Source: Candidatus Latescibacterota bacterium (GTDB lineage Bacteria > Latescibacterota > UBA2968 > UBA8231). Taken from it: DNA of 64,000 nt. A program made the position numbers and the translations under genes. The stretch lies in contig OZ242005.1 of assembly GCA_965204725.1 (NCBI GenBank), forward strand, positions 2,816,001-2,880,000, written 5' to 3'. Numbering within the stretch: position 1 is the stretch's first letter; every line of letters starts with the position of its first letter. This document shows positions 9,412-19,896 of the stretch, one piece after another. The notes beneath the pieces were generated by a model, which saw nothing but the letters and a program-made list of their open reading frames with translations, made no database searches and had not been told where the DNA came from.

Positions 9412-10440
9412 ATGCCAATGGACGAACAAACCGCCCGTCGCCTCCATCGCGACTCTTTGGTCATCGACGCGCACAACGACAGCATCGTCGCTCTGATCCG
9501 CCGGGGCATGTCTTTAGGCGGCGCACAGCGCGTTGACTTCCACCAGCGCGAGGGGGCGGTCGCTTATTTGCGCCAGTACCAGCCGCTCGGCGATGGCGTG
9601 CAACTCGACTTGCCCAAGGCGCGCGAAGGAGGGCTAGACGCGGCGTTTTTCGCTGTTGACTGCACCCGCCCTTGGGGCAATCACTTGCTCTACTGCATGG
9701 ACGCCTTGGGCTATTTTCTGCAAGAGGTGGAAGAACACAGCGAGGGCATTACCGTGGCTCACTGCTCGGCTGACATTGAGCGCGCCCACGCCGAGGGCCA
9801 ACTGGCGGCCATACTGGCGGTGGAAAACAGCGATGCGCTGGAGAAAAGCCCCCACGTTCTGCCGCTGCTCTATCGGCTGGGCGTCCGCGCCATGACCCTC
9901 ACCCACAGCACCCGCTCGTGGGCTGGCGATGGCTGCGAGGTCGCGGGAGGTGGCAGTCTGACCGGCTTTGGCCGTCAGCTACTCGCGCAGATGAACGAGC
10001 TAGGCATGGTCGTCGATGTCTCCCATCTCAACGAGCCGGGCTTTTGGGACGTGGTTCGAGCGGCCCAAGCACCCTTTATGGCGACCCATAGCTGCTGCCG
10101 CGCCCTCTGCGACCACCCGCGCAACCTCCGCGACGAGCAGCTGCGCGCCCTCGCCGAACAGGGCGGGGTCGTGAGCATCACCTTTGTCCCAGACTTTATC
10201 GACGCGCACAACCCCACCTTCGACGGCCTGCTCGACCACATCGACCACGCGGTCGCGGTCGCTGGCATCGACCACGTCGGCTTGGGATCGGATTTTGATG
10301 GCGGCGGCCTGCTCTTGCAAGACGCGACCTGCCTCCCAAGCATTGCGGTGGGCTTGGCCGCCCGCGGCTATGCCGCAGCCGATGTCCGCAAAATTCTCGG
10401 CGCGAACCAGCTCCGGTTCCTGCGGCAGGTCATCGGCTGA
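9412..10440 (+). CDS. Membrane dipeptidase (M19) family
   Basis: IDAHND, AVEN, VDVSHLN, ATHS, HPRNL, GLGSDFDG. Confidence 0.92.
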   Translation: MPMDEQTARRLHRDSLVIDAHNDSIVALIRRGMSLGGAQRVDFHQREGAVAYLRQYQPLGDGVQLDLPKAREGGLDAAFFAVDCTRPWGNHLLYCMDALGYFLQEVEEHSEGITVAHCSADIERAHAEGQLAAILAVENSDALEKSPHVLPLLYRLGVRAMTLTHSTRSWAGDGCEVAGGGSLTGFGRQLLAQMNELGMVVDVSHLNEPGFWDVVRAAQAPFMATHSCCRALCDHPRNLRDEQLRALAEQGGVVSITFVPDFIDAHNPTFDGLLDHIDHAVAVAGIDHVGLGSDFDGGGLLLQDATCLPSIAVGLAARGYAAADVRKILGANQLRFLRQVIG

Positions 10441-11929
10441 GGCCGTACAGCGCGCCGAACTTCTCCCGCAAATAGTCGATAAAGCAATCGGTCCTTAGTG
10501 CCGCGCCCGTCACCTCCTTGACCAATTCGCTGGCCGTCACCCGCGCGCCGCGAGCGTGGATCTTTTCGTTGAGCCAAGTCTTGAGCGGCCCGAATGCGCC
10601 CTGCGCGATCTGCGCTTCGAGGTCGGGCAAGTCTTGGTGGGCTTGGTGAAAAAACTGGGCCGCGTACAGGTTGCCCAGCGCGTAGGTCGGGAAATACCCC
10701 AGCAGGCCGCAGGACCAGTGCGTGTCTTGGAGCACGCCGCGGGCATCGTCGGGCGGGCGGATGCCCAAGTATTGCTCCATCCGCTCGTTCCACGTCATTG
10801 GCAACTCCGCCACGGCAACCCGCCCTTCAATTAGGTCGCACTCCAGCTCAAAACGCAGCAGAATGTGGAGGTTGTACGTCACCTCGTCGGCCTCGACCCG
10901 AATCAGCGAAGGCCCGACTTGGTTGACCGCAGCGTAAAAGGCGTCCAAATCGACTGCGCTGAGTTGCTGGGGAAAAAGCGCTCGCAGCTTGGGCAGGTAG
11001 TGAGTCCAAAAGGCTTTGCTGCGGCCGACCATATTCTCCCACAGCCGCGATTGCGACTCGTGGATCCCCAGCGAGATGCTCGCGCCGGCCGGCGTGCCGT
11101 TGGCGTCGGCCGGCAGGCCCTGCTCGTACAGCCCGTGCCCGGCCTCGTGGATGGTGCCAAAGAGCGCACCGGGCAGCCAATCGGCACTGTAGCGCGTCGT
11201 CAGCCGCACATCGTCGCGGGACGTGCCCGAGCAAAAGGGATGCACCGCCAAGTCGAGCCGCCCGGCCTGTAGGTCGAAGCCGAGGTCCGCTAACACCTGC
11301 TGGCCCAAAAGCTCCTGTTGCTCAATGGGGTATGCTTGGTCGAGTACGCCCCGCGCGGGGTGCTGCCCGGTGGCGACGATCTGCTCGACCAGCGGCACGA
11401 GCTGCGCTTTGAGCTGGTCAAAGACCGGGACGATCTCCTCGACTCTCGCATAAGGCTCGTACTCGTCGAGTAGCGCGTTGTACATCGCGCCTTCGTACCC
11501 GACTCGCTCGGCCACCTCCTTTTTGAGCGCGACTATTTTCTCCAGCCAAGGCCGGAAGAGCGCGAAGTCCGATTTTTTTCGCGCCTCGACCCACGCTTCG
11601 TGCCCCAAGGACTCGGTCTGGCTCAACTCGACGACCAGCTCCTTGGGCAACTTGAGCGAGCGGCTCTGCTGGCGGTCGATTTCGCGGACGTTGATGGCCG
11701 CGTCCCCTGTTAGCGCGGCGTCCTTGAGATCGGCTACCAGCGCGACCAACACTGGGGCCGTGAGCCGCTCGTGGTACAGACCGGCCAAGGTGCCCAACGC
11801 TCTGGCCCGCATGGCCGCGCCGCGCGGCGGCATGTAAGTCTCTTGGTCCCAGTGCATCAGCCCCTGCGCGTGGCTTATGTCGGCCAACTCGTGGAGGCGT
11901 TCTACAAAGGCTTTATACGTCTTGTTCAC
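10430..11929 (-). CDS. Carboxypeptidase M32 (Taq-like)
   Basis: HPFC, DVRLTTRY, HEAGHGLYEQG, HESQSRLWEN, IRVEADE, GYFPTYALG. Confidence 0.95.
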   Translation of the reverse strand: MNKTYKAFVERLHELADISHAQGLMHWDQETYMPPRGAAMRARALGTLAGLYHERLTAPVLVALVADLKDAALTGDAAINVREIDRQQSRSLKLPKELVVELSQTESLGHEAWVEARKKSDFALFRPWLEKIVALKKEVAERVGYEGAMYNALLDEYEPYARVEEIVPVFDQLKAQLVPLVEQIVATGQHPARGVLDQAYPIEQQELLGQQVLADLGFDLQAGRLDLAVHPFCSGTSRDDVRLTTRYSADWLPGALFGTIHEAGHGLYEQGLPADANGTPAGASISLGIHESQSRLWENMVGRSKAFWTHYLPKLRALFPQQLSAVDLDAFYAAVNQVGPSLIRVEADEVTYNLHILLRFELECDLIEGRVAVAELPMTWNERMEQYLGIRPPDDARGVLQDTHWSCGLLGYFPTYALGNLYAAQFFHQAHQDLPDLEAQIAQGAFGPLKTWLNEKIHARGARVTASELVKEVTGAALRTDCFIDYLREKFGALYGLSR

Positions 11930-11945
11930 AGCGTTACCTTTCTTT

Positions 11946-12093
11946 TATAGCAATCCTAAATGACTTGCAAGCATGTAGAGATGCTTCGCTGCGCTCAGCA
12001 TGACACACAGACGGCCAGCCCTTGTCATACTGAGCGCAGCGAAGTATCTCATACCCAAAACGCCATGCAGAACCGAATTTATTAGCGGTTGCT
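11946..12093. mobile_element. MITE-like element, family A, carrying an inverted pair of AGATGCTTCGCTGCGCTCAGCATGAC-type REPs
   Basis: Begins TATAGCAATCCTAAATGACTTGCAAGCATG; internal inverted REP pair; degenerate right end. Reverse-complement relative of 24791-24968. Confidence 0.75.
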
Positions 12094-12157
12094 CGCCAGC
12101 GCATTTTTGCATGTCTTATGTCCACTAGCCCATACCTCATCACCCTCGGAGGCCCCC

Positions 12158-13387
12158 ATGAAGATCACCCACGCAGAATCCATTGCCCTCAACATCCCCT
12201 TCTACGCCGAGCACGTCACCCGCGCCATGCACCGCGCCTCCACCCACGACGAGCGGGTATGGGTGGTGCGCTTGGAGACGGACAAGGACCTCGTGGGCTG
12301 GGCCGACAGCCACGGCCAGCCGTCGGTCGACGGCCTCGTCGGGCAAAATCCGGCCAGCCTGATAAATCGCGATGAGATTGGCTTTGGGCCGCAAGTCGCC
12401 TGTCTCGATTTAGTGGGCCAAGACAACGGCGTACCCGTCCACGAGCTACTCGGCGTCAAGCTCCGCGACCGCTGCCCCATATCTTGGTGGGATATAGATA
12501 TGCCGCCCCAAGACTGGGTCGCCGAGGCCGAAGAATCGCTAAGGCGCGGGTACACCTGCTTTAAGATGAAGGCCCGCCCGTGGCGCGACATCATCGCCCA
12601 AACCGAGGCGGTCGCCGCGGTCGTCCCGGCCGACTACAAGTTCGACGTCGACTTCAACGGCTTCTTGCTCAACCAAGCTAAGGCCGAAATCATCCTGCAA
12701 AAACTCGATGAAAACCCCAATGTCGGCATGTACGAAAGCCCGTTTTACCTGCACTCGGACGTAGATGGGGCGCGGATTTTGCGCGAGCGGGTGCGCAAAC
12801 CCATTGTCGAGCACTACCAAGACCAGTATTTGCGCAACAACTGCTGCGATGGTTTTGTCATCGGCAGCGGCGCGACCGAGACCCGGCGGTCGGCCACCCT
12901 TGCAGCCGCTCACAACAAGCCCTTTTGGCTCCAGCTCGTCGGCGCGGGCTTAACCACCGCTTATGCGGCTCACCTCGGCGCAGTGCTCTCGCACGCCCAA
13001 CTACCCTATATCACCTGCCACGAGCTGTGGGAGGACGACCTGCTGCAAGAGCCGATTGAGGTCCGCGATGGCTACATGCCGGTTTTGGACGCGCCCGGCT
13101 TGGGCGTCTCTGTGGATGAAAACGCGATTGAAACCTACCGAGTGGATCCCGCCGAGCCAACGCCCAAGCACCGCTACTTGGCCCAAAAGCGCATTCTTCG
13201 CGTGTCTTGGCCGAGCGGCGGCCAAGCGCGGGAGTGGGAATTTACCGCTGAAGACCGCTATCAGCGGGCCTTCTACGCGGGCAACATTCCCGGCTTTGAG
13301 CAGGGCGTTGACTTGCAGGTGATGGAAGACGACAACAGCGCGGCCTTCCAAAAGCGGCATGCCGAGCTGCTGGCGCAAGGGCGTTAG
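12158..13387 (+). CDS. Mandelate racemase/muconate lactonizing enzyme (enolase superfamily)
   Basis: FKMK, VDFN, ESP, VEH metal/catalytic pattern; PGLGVSVDE; GGAGG RBS upstream. Confidence 0.85.
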   Translation: MKITHAESIALNIPFYAEHVTRAMHRASTHDERVWVVRLETDKDLVGWADSHGQPSVDGLVGQNPASLINRDEIGFGPQVACLDLVGQDNGVPVHELLGVKLRDRCPISWWDIDMPPQDWVAEAEESLRRGYTCFKMKARPWRDIIAQTEAVAAVVPADYKFDVDFNGFLLNQAKAEIILQKLDENPNVGMYESPFYLHSDVDGARILRERVRKPIVEHYQDQYLRNNCCDGFVIGSGATETRRSATLAAAHNKPFWLQLVGAGLTTAYAAHLGAVLSHAQLPYITCHELWEDDLLQEPIEVRDGYMPVLDAPGLGVSVDENAIETYRVDPAEPTPKHRYLAQKRILRVSWPSGGQAREWEFTAEDRYQRAFYAGNIPGFEQGVDLQVMEDDNSAAFQKRHAELLAQGR

Positions 13388-14394
13388 TCCCGCTGCCGGG
13401 CGATGGCCTCGTAGTCCGCCAGCGCGTAGCCGATGCCCACGTAGTCGAGCAGGTTGAGCAAGGCCCGCAGCGCGACCCCAAACCCATCGACGCCGCTGAA
13501 GCCGCCAAACTGCCCGCCGCCCTTTAGGTGCGGCTCTAGGTCGAGGAACACGCCGGGGACTCCCTTTTGCTTTAGCTCGTGTTCTAGGGCCGGGATGCGG
13601 GAGCGGAAGTCGCGCAATATGGCCTCGTGCCCGGAGTCGCCTCGGTCGGCGGGCACAAAGTTTTTGAGCCGTTCCTCATCTACGACGCCCTCCCATTGGA
13701 GGGTCGGGTCGATCTTGTAGTCCTTGATGTGCATCCAGCCAATCCCCGTGCGCATGGCCCGATACTCGGCTAGGGTCTCGACCGCGGTGAAGTTTTGGCT
13801 CGACAGGTTGCCGCCGTCAAAAATCAGGCACAGGTTGGGGTGGGCCACCATTTCGTAGAGCTTTTGCAGGACCCGCCCGTTCTGGCCGACGAGATTGGCC
13901 TCGACCTCTAGGCCAAAAATGACCCCGCCCCGGCTGCAAACCTCGGCGATTCGCGCCAGCCGTTCGGCCGCCGGTTCCACGTAATCGGCTGGGGCTTCCC
14001 CGCGGGGATGGTAAAACGAGAACCCGCGGATCAGCCGCGTCTCGAACTCGCCGGCCAGATCCACGGCCCGCTGCACATCTTGTTGCAAGTATTGATCAAA
14101 CGGGATATAGGCGTTGGCCGAGCCGTCTTCCACATCGAGCAGCTTGACCTTGCCAATCGGCGAGCCGATCGAGGCCACCGCAATCCCAAATTCGCCGTGC
14201 AATTGTCGCAGCCGTGCGATCTCGGGTCGCGTTAGCTGCATCGCGTTTTTGACGCCCTGCCCCACATCCACAAAGCGCAAGCTATAGTGCGACATGCCCA
14301 GCGCCGCGAGCATGGTTAGCTGGGCTTCGGCCTTTTTGTCGGCCGGCCCCTCGTCGGCAAAGCCGCTGATGATCACCTTGGGTATTTCGCGCAT
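13384..14394 (-). CDS. Sugar phosphate isomerase/epimerase (TIM barrel)
   Basis: ISGFADE, IGSPIGK, IRGFSFY, FDGGN, HIKD, LEPHL; AGGAG RBS. Confidence 0.85.
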   Translation of the reverse strand: MREIPKVIISGFADEGPADKKAEAQLTMLAALGMSHYSLRFVDVGQGVKNAMQLTRPEIARLRQLHGEFGIAVASIGSPIGKVKLLDVEDGSANAYIPFDQYLQQDVQRAVDLAGEFETRLIRGFSFYHPRGEAPADYVEPAAERLARIAEVCSRGGVIFGLEVEANLVGQNGRVLQKLYEMVAHPNLCLIFDGGNLSSQNFTAVETLAEYRAMRTGIGWMHIKDYKIDPTLQWEGVVDEERLKNFVPADRGDSGHEAILRDFRSRIPALEHELKQKGVPGVFLDLEPHLKGGGQFGGFSGVDGFGVALRALLNLLDYVGIGYALADYEAIARQRD

Positions 14395-14504
14395 CACACA
14401 CTCCTGAAATTCTTCTAAGTATAGAGCTTGGACCGGCCTTGACAAAACGCCCGCTCGCTGCTGTCTTAGGGCGTCCTCCAAACTACATCTACATAGTGAA
14501 AACC

Positions 14505-17060
14505 ATGAAGCCTCTATATCGCCTTAATATCGTTCCGTCCCTGCCCGAGCAACTGACGCCGCTGTGGGAGTTGGGGCACAACCTCTGGTGGACTTGGAGC
14601 AAGGAAACCATCCGCACCCTCTACCAGATCGACCCAGAAACTTGGACCGAAAGCCAGCGCGATCCCCTGCGCTTTTGGGCCTCCCTGCGGCCGGACCAGC
14701 TCGATGCCCTAATCGACGACGCGCAACTGCGGAGCCGCGTCGAGCGCGTCGTCGAGCAATTCGAGGGCTATTTGTCTCAACCGACGTGGTTTGGCCAGAC
14801 GCACGGCGAGTGCCGGTTACAGGTTGCGTACTTCTCGGCGGAATTCGGCCTGACCGAGAGCCTCCGCATCTATTCGGGTGGCTTGGGCGTGCTCGCCGGC
14901 GATCACCTCAAGGCCGCTAGCGATCTAGGGGTCCCTCTCGTCGGGGTCGGCTTGCTCTACCGCGAGGGCTATTTCCGCCAAGCCCTCAACGCCGACGGCT
15001 GGCAGATAGAGCAAAACCCGGAAAACGACTTCTTCCAGATGCCCGTCCAGCCGGTCCACGCCCGCGACGGCGAGCACCTGACCATTGAGGTTCCCTTTGT
15101 CCACGGCTTGGTGCCGGCGCGGATATGGCAGGTGCAGGTGGGCCGGGTGCGGCTCTATTTGCTCGATACCAACCTCGACGAAAACGCCCCTGCAGACCGC
15201 GATATTACCGCCCGCCTCTACGGCGGCGACGCGGCCATGCGCCTCCGGCAGGAGATCCTCCTCGGCATCGGCGGCCTGCGCGCCCTTCAAGCCGTGGGCG
15301 TCGAACCCACCATCTGCCATATCAACGAGGGGCACTCGGCCTTTTTGGCCCTAGAGCGGATTCGCCGGCTAATGGCCGAGCACGGCTATTCGTTTGACAC
15401 GGCGCGCGAGGCCAGCATCGTGGGCAATGTGTTCACCACGCACACCCCGGTTGCAGCGGGCAACGACTGGTTTCCCGCAGACTTGGTCGAGGCGCACTTG
15501 GGCTACTTCCGCGAGTGGCTCGGCCTGTCGCACGAGGAATTTATCGGCTTGGGCCGCGTTGACCCCCGCGACCTCCATGCCGACTTCTGCATGACGGTCT
15601 TGGCGCTCAGGCTCTCGGGTCGGGCCAATGGCGTCAGCCGCCTGCACGGCGCGGTTAGCCGCCGTATATGGCAGGGCCTGTGGCCCGACTTTTCAGAGCA
15701 CGAGATCCCCATTGGCCACGTCACCAACGGCGTCCATCTCCACACGTGGGTTTCGCTGGAAATGGCCGAGCTGTTAGACCGCCATCTCGGCGACGTCTGG
15801 TGCTTTGCAGCGGCCGACGAGCGAGACTGGGCCCCGGTCTATCGCATCCCCGACCGCGAGTTGTGGGACACGCACCAGCACCGGCGCAAGCGGCTGATTG
15901 ACGTAACGAGCCATCACCTGCGCCAGCAGATGCAGGGCCAAGGGGTGCTGGCGGTCAAAATTGAACAGGCCCTCGCACGGCTCGACCCGGAGGTGCTGAC
16001 CATTGGCTTTGCTCGCCGCTTTGCCACCTACAAGCGCGGCAACCTGATCTTCCGCAATATCGAGCGGCTCAAGGCCCTGTTTTCCGACTCGCAACGGCCC
16101 GTGCAGATTCTCTTCGCCGGCAAGGCCCACCCCCGCGACGACGCTGGCAAGGAGCTGATCCGCCAAGTCGTTCACCTCGCACGGCAAACGCCCTTTAATG
16201 GCCGGATTTTCTTTTTGCAAGACTACGACATGAACCTCGCCCGCTACTTGGTGCAAGGGTGCGATGTTTGGCTCAACAACCCCCGCCGCCCCTTGGAGGC
16301 TTCGGGCACGTCTGGCATGAAGGCCGCGATCAACGGCGTGCTCAACGTCAGCGTATTCGACGGCTGGTGGGACGAAGCCTGCGACGAGCACGCTGGCTGG
16401 ACCATTGGCCGCGGCGAGGACTACGACGACGAACACTACCAAGACGAGGTCGAGTCCAACTCGCTCTACGACCTGCTAGAGACCGAGGTGATCCCGCTCT
16501 TTTACCAGCGCGATGCGGACGGATTGCCCGGCGGTTGGATCGCCCGCATGAAGGAGACCATCGCCCAACTCGCGCCGCAGTACAACACGCACCGCATGGT
16601 CCGCGAGTACGTCGAGCGGTTTTACTTGCCCGGGCAGGATCGCTTTGGGGAATTGGCGGCCGACCGCGAGCGAGTTCAGCGGCTGACGCATTGGAAGTCG
16701 CACGTGCGCTCCAAGTGGGCGCAAGTCCAGATAGGCGCGGTGGATGTTGAGTTTCCGCGGCAACTCAAGGTGGGGGTGCAGGTGCCGTTGCGCATCGCAG
16801 TGGCCTTGGGCGAGCTCGCGCCCGAGGATGTCCGCGTCGAGATTTACGCCGGCCGCCTCAACGCCCAGCACGAATTCGCCCAGACCGAAGTGTATCCGCT
16901 AAAATTGGCTGGGCGCAACGGCGACGGCACCTACCATTTCGCCGGCACCTTCACGTGCGCCGCGGCTGGCTCGTACGGCTACACGCTGCGCGTGGTGCCC
17001 TCGCATCCCGACTTGCAAAACCCCTTGGAAATGGGGTTGGTCCACTGGGCGAAGGGGTAG
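14505..17060 (+). CDS. glgP: Alpha-glucan (glycogen) phosphorylase
   Basis: YSGGLGVLAGDHLK, HINEGH, FTTHTPV, FARRFATYKR, EASGTSGMKAAING. Confidence 0.96.
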   Translation: MKPLYRLNIVPSLPEQLTPLWELGHNLWWTWSKETIRTLYQIDPETWTESQRDPLRFWASLRPDQLDALIDDAQLRSRVERVVEQFEGYLSQPTWFGQTHGECRLQVAYFSAEFGLTESLRIYSGGLGVLAGDHLKAASDLGVPLVGVGLLYREGYFRQALNADGWQIEQNPENDFFQMPVQPVHARDGEHLTIEVPFVHGLVPARIWQVQVGRVRLYLLDTNLDENAPADRDITARLYGGDAAMRLRQEILLGIGGLRALQAVGVEPTICHINEGHSAFLALERIRRLMAEHGYSFDTAREASIVGNVFTTHTPVAAGNDWFPADLVEAHLGYFREWLGLSHEEFIGLGRVDPRDLHADFCMTVLALRLSGRANGVSRLHGAVSRRIWQGLWPDFSEHEIPIGHVTNGVHLHTWVSLEMAELLDRHLGDVWCFAAADERDWAPVYRIPDRELWDTHQHRRKRLIDVTSHHLRQQMQGQGVLAVKIEQALARLDPEVLTIGFARRFATYKRGNLIFRNIERLKALFSDSQRPVQILFAGKAHPRDDAGKELIRQVVHLARQTPFNGRIFFLQDYDMNLARYLVQGCDVWLNNPRRPLEASGTSGMKAAINGVLNVSVFDGWWDEACDEHAGWTIGRGEDYDDEHYQDEVESNSLYDLLETEVIPLFYQRDADGLPGGWIARMKETIAQLAPQYNTHRMVREYVERFYLPGQDRFGELAADRERVQRLTHWKSHVRSKWAQVQIGAVDVEFPRQLKVGVQVPLRIAVALGELAPEDVRVEIYAGRLNAQHEFAQTEVYPLKLAGRNGDGTYHFAGTFTCAAAGSYGYTLRVVPSHPDLQNPLEMGLVHWAKG

Positions 17061-17132
17061 GGTTTGAGGTCGGCTGTCATTTGTTATTGGCTCCGATTCG
17101 TGTGCTCCCCTGCCTCTCCACCGCCGCCTTCC

Positions 17133-18704
17133 TCACATCCCCCAGATGTCGATCTCCGTCCCACGGTCCGACACGCGGCGATCCCGAAACACCTTGTCGT
17201 CCCAACGCCGACCTGTGCGCCGGTCGAAAATCACCAAATGACCCGCCTCTGCATCGCAGCGATCCATATACTCGGCGGTCTGCTCCAACCCCTCGGCGAT
17301 CGTCTGTTCCAAGCTCTTGTGGAGCACTTTGCACTCGATCACGAACTGGCGTGTGCGCTCGCCCTGCGGCCAGACGATGAGCAGATCGGTGCGTTTCCGA
17401 CCCAAGCCATACTCGCGCTCGATACGCCCGCCGCTGTTGACGAGCCGTTGCAAAAACGCCTGCAACAGCAACTGCGGACCGGCCTCTTGATACTGGAATC
17501 GCTTGACCCAATGCTCGGAGTGTTCGCGGAAGAACGTCTGGAACGCGGTCAGCAACTTGGCTACGTCTAAGTTGCCGTCGGCATGGACGTACCAAGCCGT
17601 GTCTTGGACGAGTCCCGATTGGGTGGCATAGGTCAATTCGCGCGGCACGATTTCCGCGTAGATGGGATTGGCGATGCGGAGCGGATCCTTCTGGGCGATC
17701 AAGCCCAAATCGCGGACGTATTCGAGGTCTGGGGTCGAGAACTCGCTCTTTTCGGCCCCGCTCAACAGCGGTTCGACGATGCGCCGCACGCGCTCCTCTT
17801 GGAGCTTGTCCGCCAATTGGTCGAGGTGCGTTTCGCGGCGGAGGATGAGCTGCTCTTGCGCCTCGACGATGGCCGCCGCCGTGATTGGATCGCGCCGGTC
17901 TGCGGCCCCATCGCGGAAGCAGGTTTGGTCTGCCAAGGCATTGACCAGCCACGGCTGCCCTTGGGTCTGCGTCCAGATCGTCGCCAATGCGTCTGGCGTG
18001 AACACCTGACCCGTTTCATCGGTGTGTTGGCCGAGCAGGGCCTGCACCTCGTCGGGCGAAAAGTCGCCCAAGCGCAACGATTGTGCCTTGATGTTGAACG
18101 CGCTACCCCCGGCGATAGTCGCGTTGGCCGCAGTGGAATGGATGCGGTAGTCGCGCACATCGCGCACACCGCATAGCACCACGCTTTGCGGAAACCCTTC
18201 TGGGCGCAGGTCATAGCCCGCCCGCAACTGTCGCAATACGGACAGGAGCGCGTCGCCGATCAGGGCATCGATCTCGTCGATGAGCAACACCAGCGGTTTC
18301 GGGGACGCCGCGGCCCAGCGCGTCAATGCCTCGGTCAAGGCAGCGTGCGGACCGTGTTTGGTTAAGATGTCGAGCCAAACTTCGTCCAGAAATTCGTCGC
18401 CTATTGAACGCGCCCGAGACGCCAACCCGGCCAAAATGGTGCGCGTCACTTGTTCCACATCTTCGCGTGCGGCTTGCCCACCTTCAACATTGACGTACAC
18501 GCAACGATAGACGCCCTCGGCGTTGAGCAGGTCGCGCAAGGCCAGCAAGGCCGAAGTCTTGCCCGTCTGCCGGGGCGCGTGCAGGACGAAATACTTCTCG
18601 TCCCGAATGAGGGCGAGTACATCGTCGAGGTCTAAGCGTTCCAGCGGCGGGATGCAATAATGCCTTGCCGGCTTGATGGGGCCGGCGGTGGTGAAAAAGC
18701 GCAT
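17133..18704 (-). CDS. AAA-like ATPase with C-terminal PD-(D/E)XK-like nuclease domain
   Basis: HAPRQTGKT (Walker A), LLIDEID (Walker B), GQPWLVN; C-terminal REY...RTDLLI...VIECK...QTAEYM. Confidence 0.82.
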   Translation of the reverse strand: MRFFTTAGPIKPARHYCIPPLERLDLDDVLALIRDEKYFVLHAPRQTGKTSALLALRDLLNAEGVYRCVYVNVEGGQAAREDVEQVTRTILAGLASRARSIGDEFLDEVWLDILTKHGPHAALTEALTRWAAASPKPLVLLIDEIDALIGDALLSVLRQLRAGYDLRPEGFPQSVVLCGVRDVRDYRIHSTAANATIAGGSAFNIKAQSLRLGDFSPDEVQALLGQHTDETGQVFTPDALATIWTQTQGQPWLVNALADQTCFRDGAADRRDPITAAAIVEAQEQLILRRETHLDQLADKLQEERVRRIVEPLLSGAEKSEFSTPDLEYVRDLGLIAQKDPLRIANPIYAEIVPRELTYATQSGLVQDTAWYVHADGNLDVAKLLTAFQTFFREHSEHWVKRFQYQEAGPQLLLQAFLQRLVNSGGRIEREYGLGRKRTDLLIVWPQGERTRQFVIECKVLHKSLEQTIAEGLEQTAEYMDRCDAEAGHLVIFDRRTGRRWDDKVFRDRRVSDRGTEIDIWGM

Positions 18705-18811
18705 GATTTAAGTCTCCCGTTCGATGTTGATGATACTTCTGCTATCGGCCCCGACGAGCGGAATGTACAGTATGTGCAGTATGCGACAAAACGCTACCCG
18801 GAGTGAGGACC

Positions 18812-18841
18812 TTGTTTAGCACCGCAGTAATCCGCTATCTT
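18812..18841 (+). promoter_or_regulatory. Putative sigma70 promoter of the lactonase gene
   Basis: TTGTTT-18-TATCTT upstream of the AAGGAG RBS. Confidence 0.35.
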
Positions 18842-18873
18842 AATCGCGCAAAACCTCAAAGGAGCAAACCGTA

Positions 18874-19896
18874 ATGACCGCACGAGAACAATCCGTCGTC
18901 CTAGTCTCGCTCACCGGCGACGAAGCCATCAAGCTCTACGACCTCGACCCCCAATCGGGCGCACTGGCCCTGCGCGCCACCAGCCCGGCACACGGCCCTT
19001 CGGGCGCGCTCTTTTTGCACCCATCGCGCCCGGTGCTCTACGACGCGCATGTCGGGGCCGCAACCCTCGCCAGCTTCCACCTCAACGCCGCGTCCGGGGT
19101 ATTGACCCTGATCAACAAGGTCGATACCGGCCTCGAAACCCCGGCTCACCTGATTACCGACCGCGCCGGCCGCTTTCTCCTCACCGCGTATTACACCGGC
19201 GGCGGCATCACAGTCCACCGCCTCGGCGACGACGGGGCCATCGGCGACCTCGTCCAGCGCATCGACACCGGCCCCAAGGCCCACGCCGTCTTGCTGACCG
19301 AGGACGAGCGCTTTGTCTTTGTGCCCCACGTCTGCCCCAACAACAAGACCAGCCAGTTCCGCTTCGACGCCCGCACCGGCCAGCTCGCCCCCAACGACCC
19401 GGCCGAGTTGGCCCCGCCAGCGGGCGAACCCGGCCCCCGGCACCTGTGCTTCCGCCCCCGCGGCGATGTCGCGTACATCGTCAACGAGCAGGGCAACACA
19501 GTAACCACCCACCGCTTCGACCCCGAGCGCGGCACCCTGTCTATCTTCCAAGACGTCTCGACCCTGCCGGCGGACTACGCCGATGGCGGGAACACCGCCC
19601 ACGTCGAAGTTCACCCCAATGGGCAATGGTGCTACGCATCCAATCGCGGCCACGACAGCATCGTCGGCTACCGCCTCGACGCGGAGGGTGCCCTCAGCCC
19701 ATTTGGGCACTACCCAGTGCCGGCCAGCCCGCGCTCGTTCAACATCGACCCGACTGGCGAGTACCTGTATTGCGCGGGAGAAGCCGCCGACCGCATGACC
19801 TGTTATCGGGTGGATGCAGCCAGCGGCGCGCTACAGGCCAGCGCTGATTACGAAGTGGGCCAGCAGCCGTTTTGGGTGATGGCGACGACCCTTTAG
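18874..19896 (+). CDS. Lactonase family (6-phosphogluconolactonase-like beta-propeller)
   Basis: KAHAV, GPRHL, NEQGNT, YASNRGHDSI, PRSFNIDP. Confidence 0.9.
   Translation: MTAREQSVVLVSLTGDEAIKLYDLDPQSGALALRATSPAHGPSGALFLHPSRPVLYDAHVGAATLASFHLNAASGVLTLINKVDTGLETPAHLITDRAGRFLLTAYYTGGGITVHRLGDDGAIGDLVQRIDTGPKAHAVLLTEDERFVFVPHVCPNNKTSQFRFDARTGQLAPNDPAELAPPAGEPGPRHLCFRPRGDVAYIVNEQGNTVTTHRFDPERGTLSIFQDVSTLPADYADGGNTAHVEVHPNGQWCYASNRGHDSIVGYRLDAEGALSPFGHYPVPASPRSFNIDPTGEYLYCAGEAADRMTCYRVDAASGALQASADYEVGQQPFWVMATTL

Noticed and set aside
11979-12050. tRNA/ncRNA-like hairpins in intergenic regions
   Set aside because: No cloverleaf or T-loop; explained as REP palindromes repeated elsewhere in the window.
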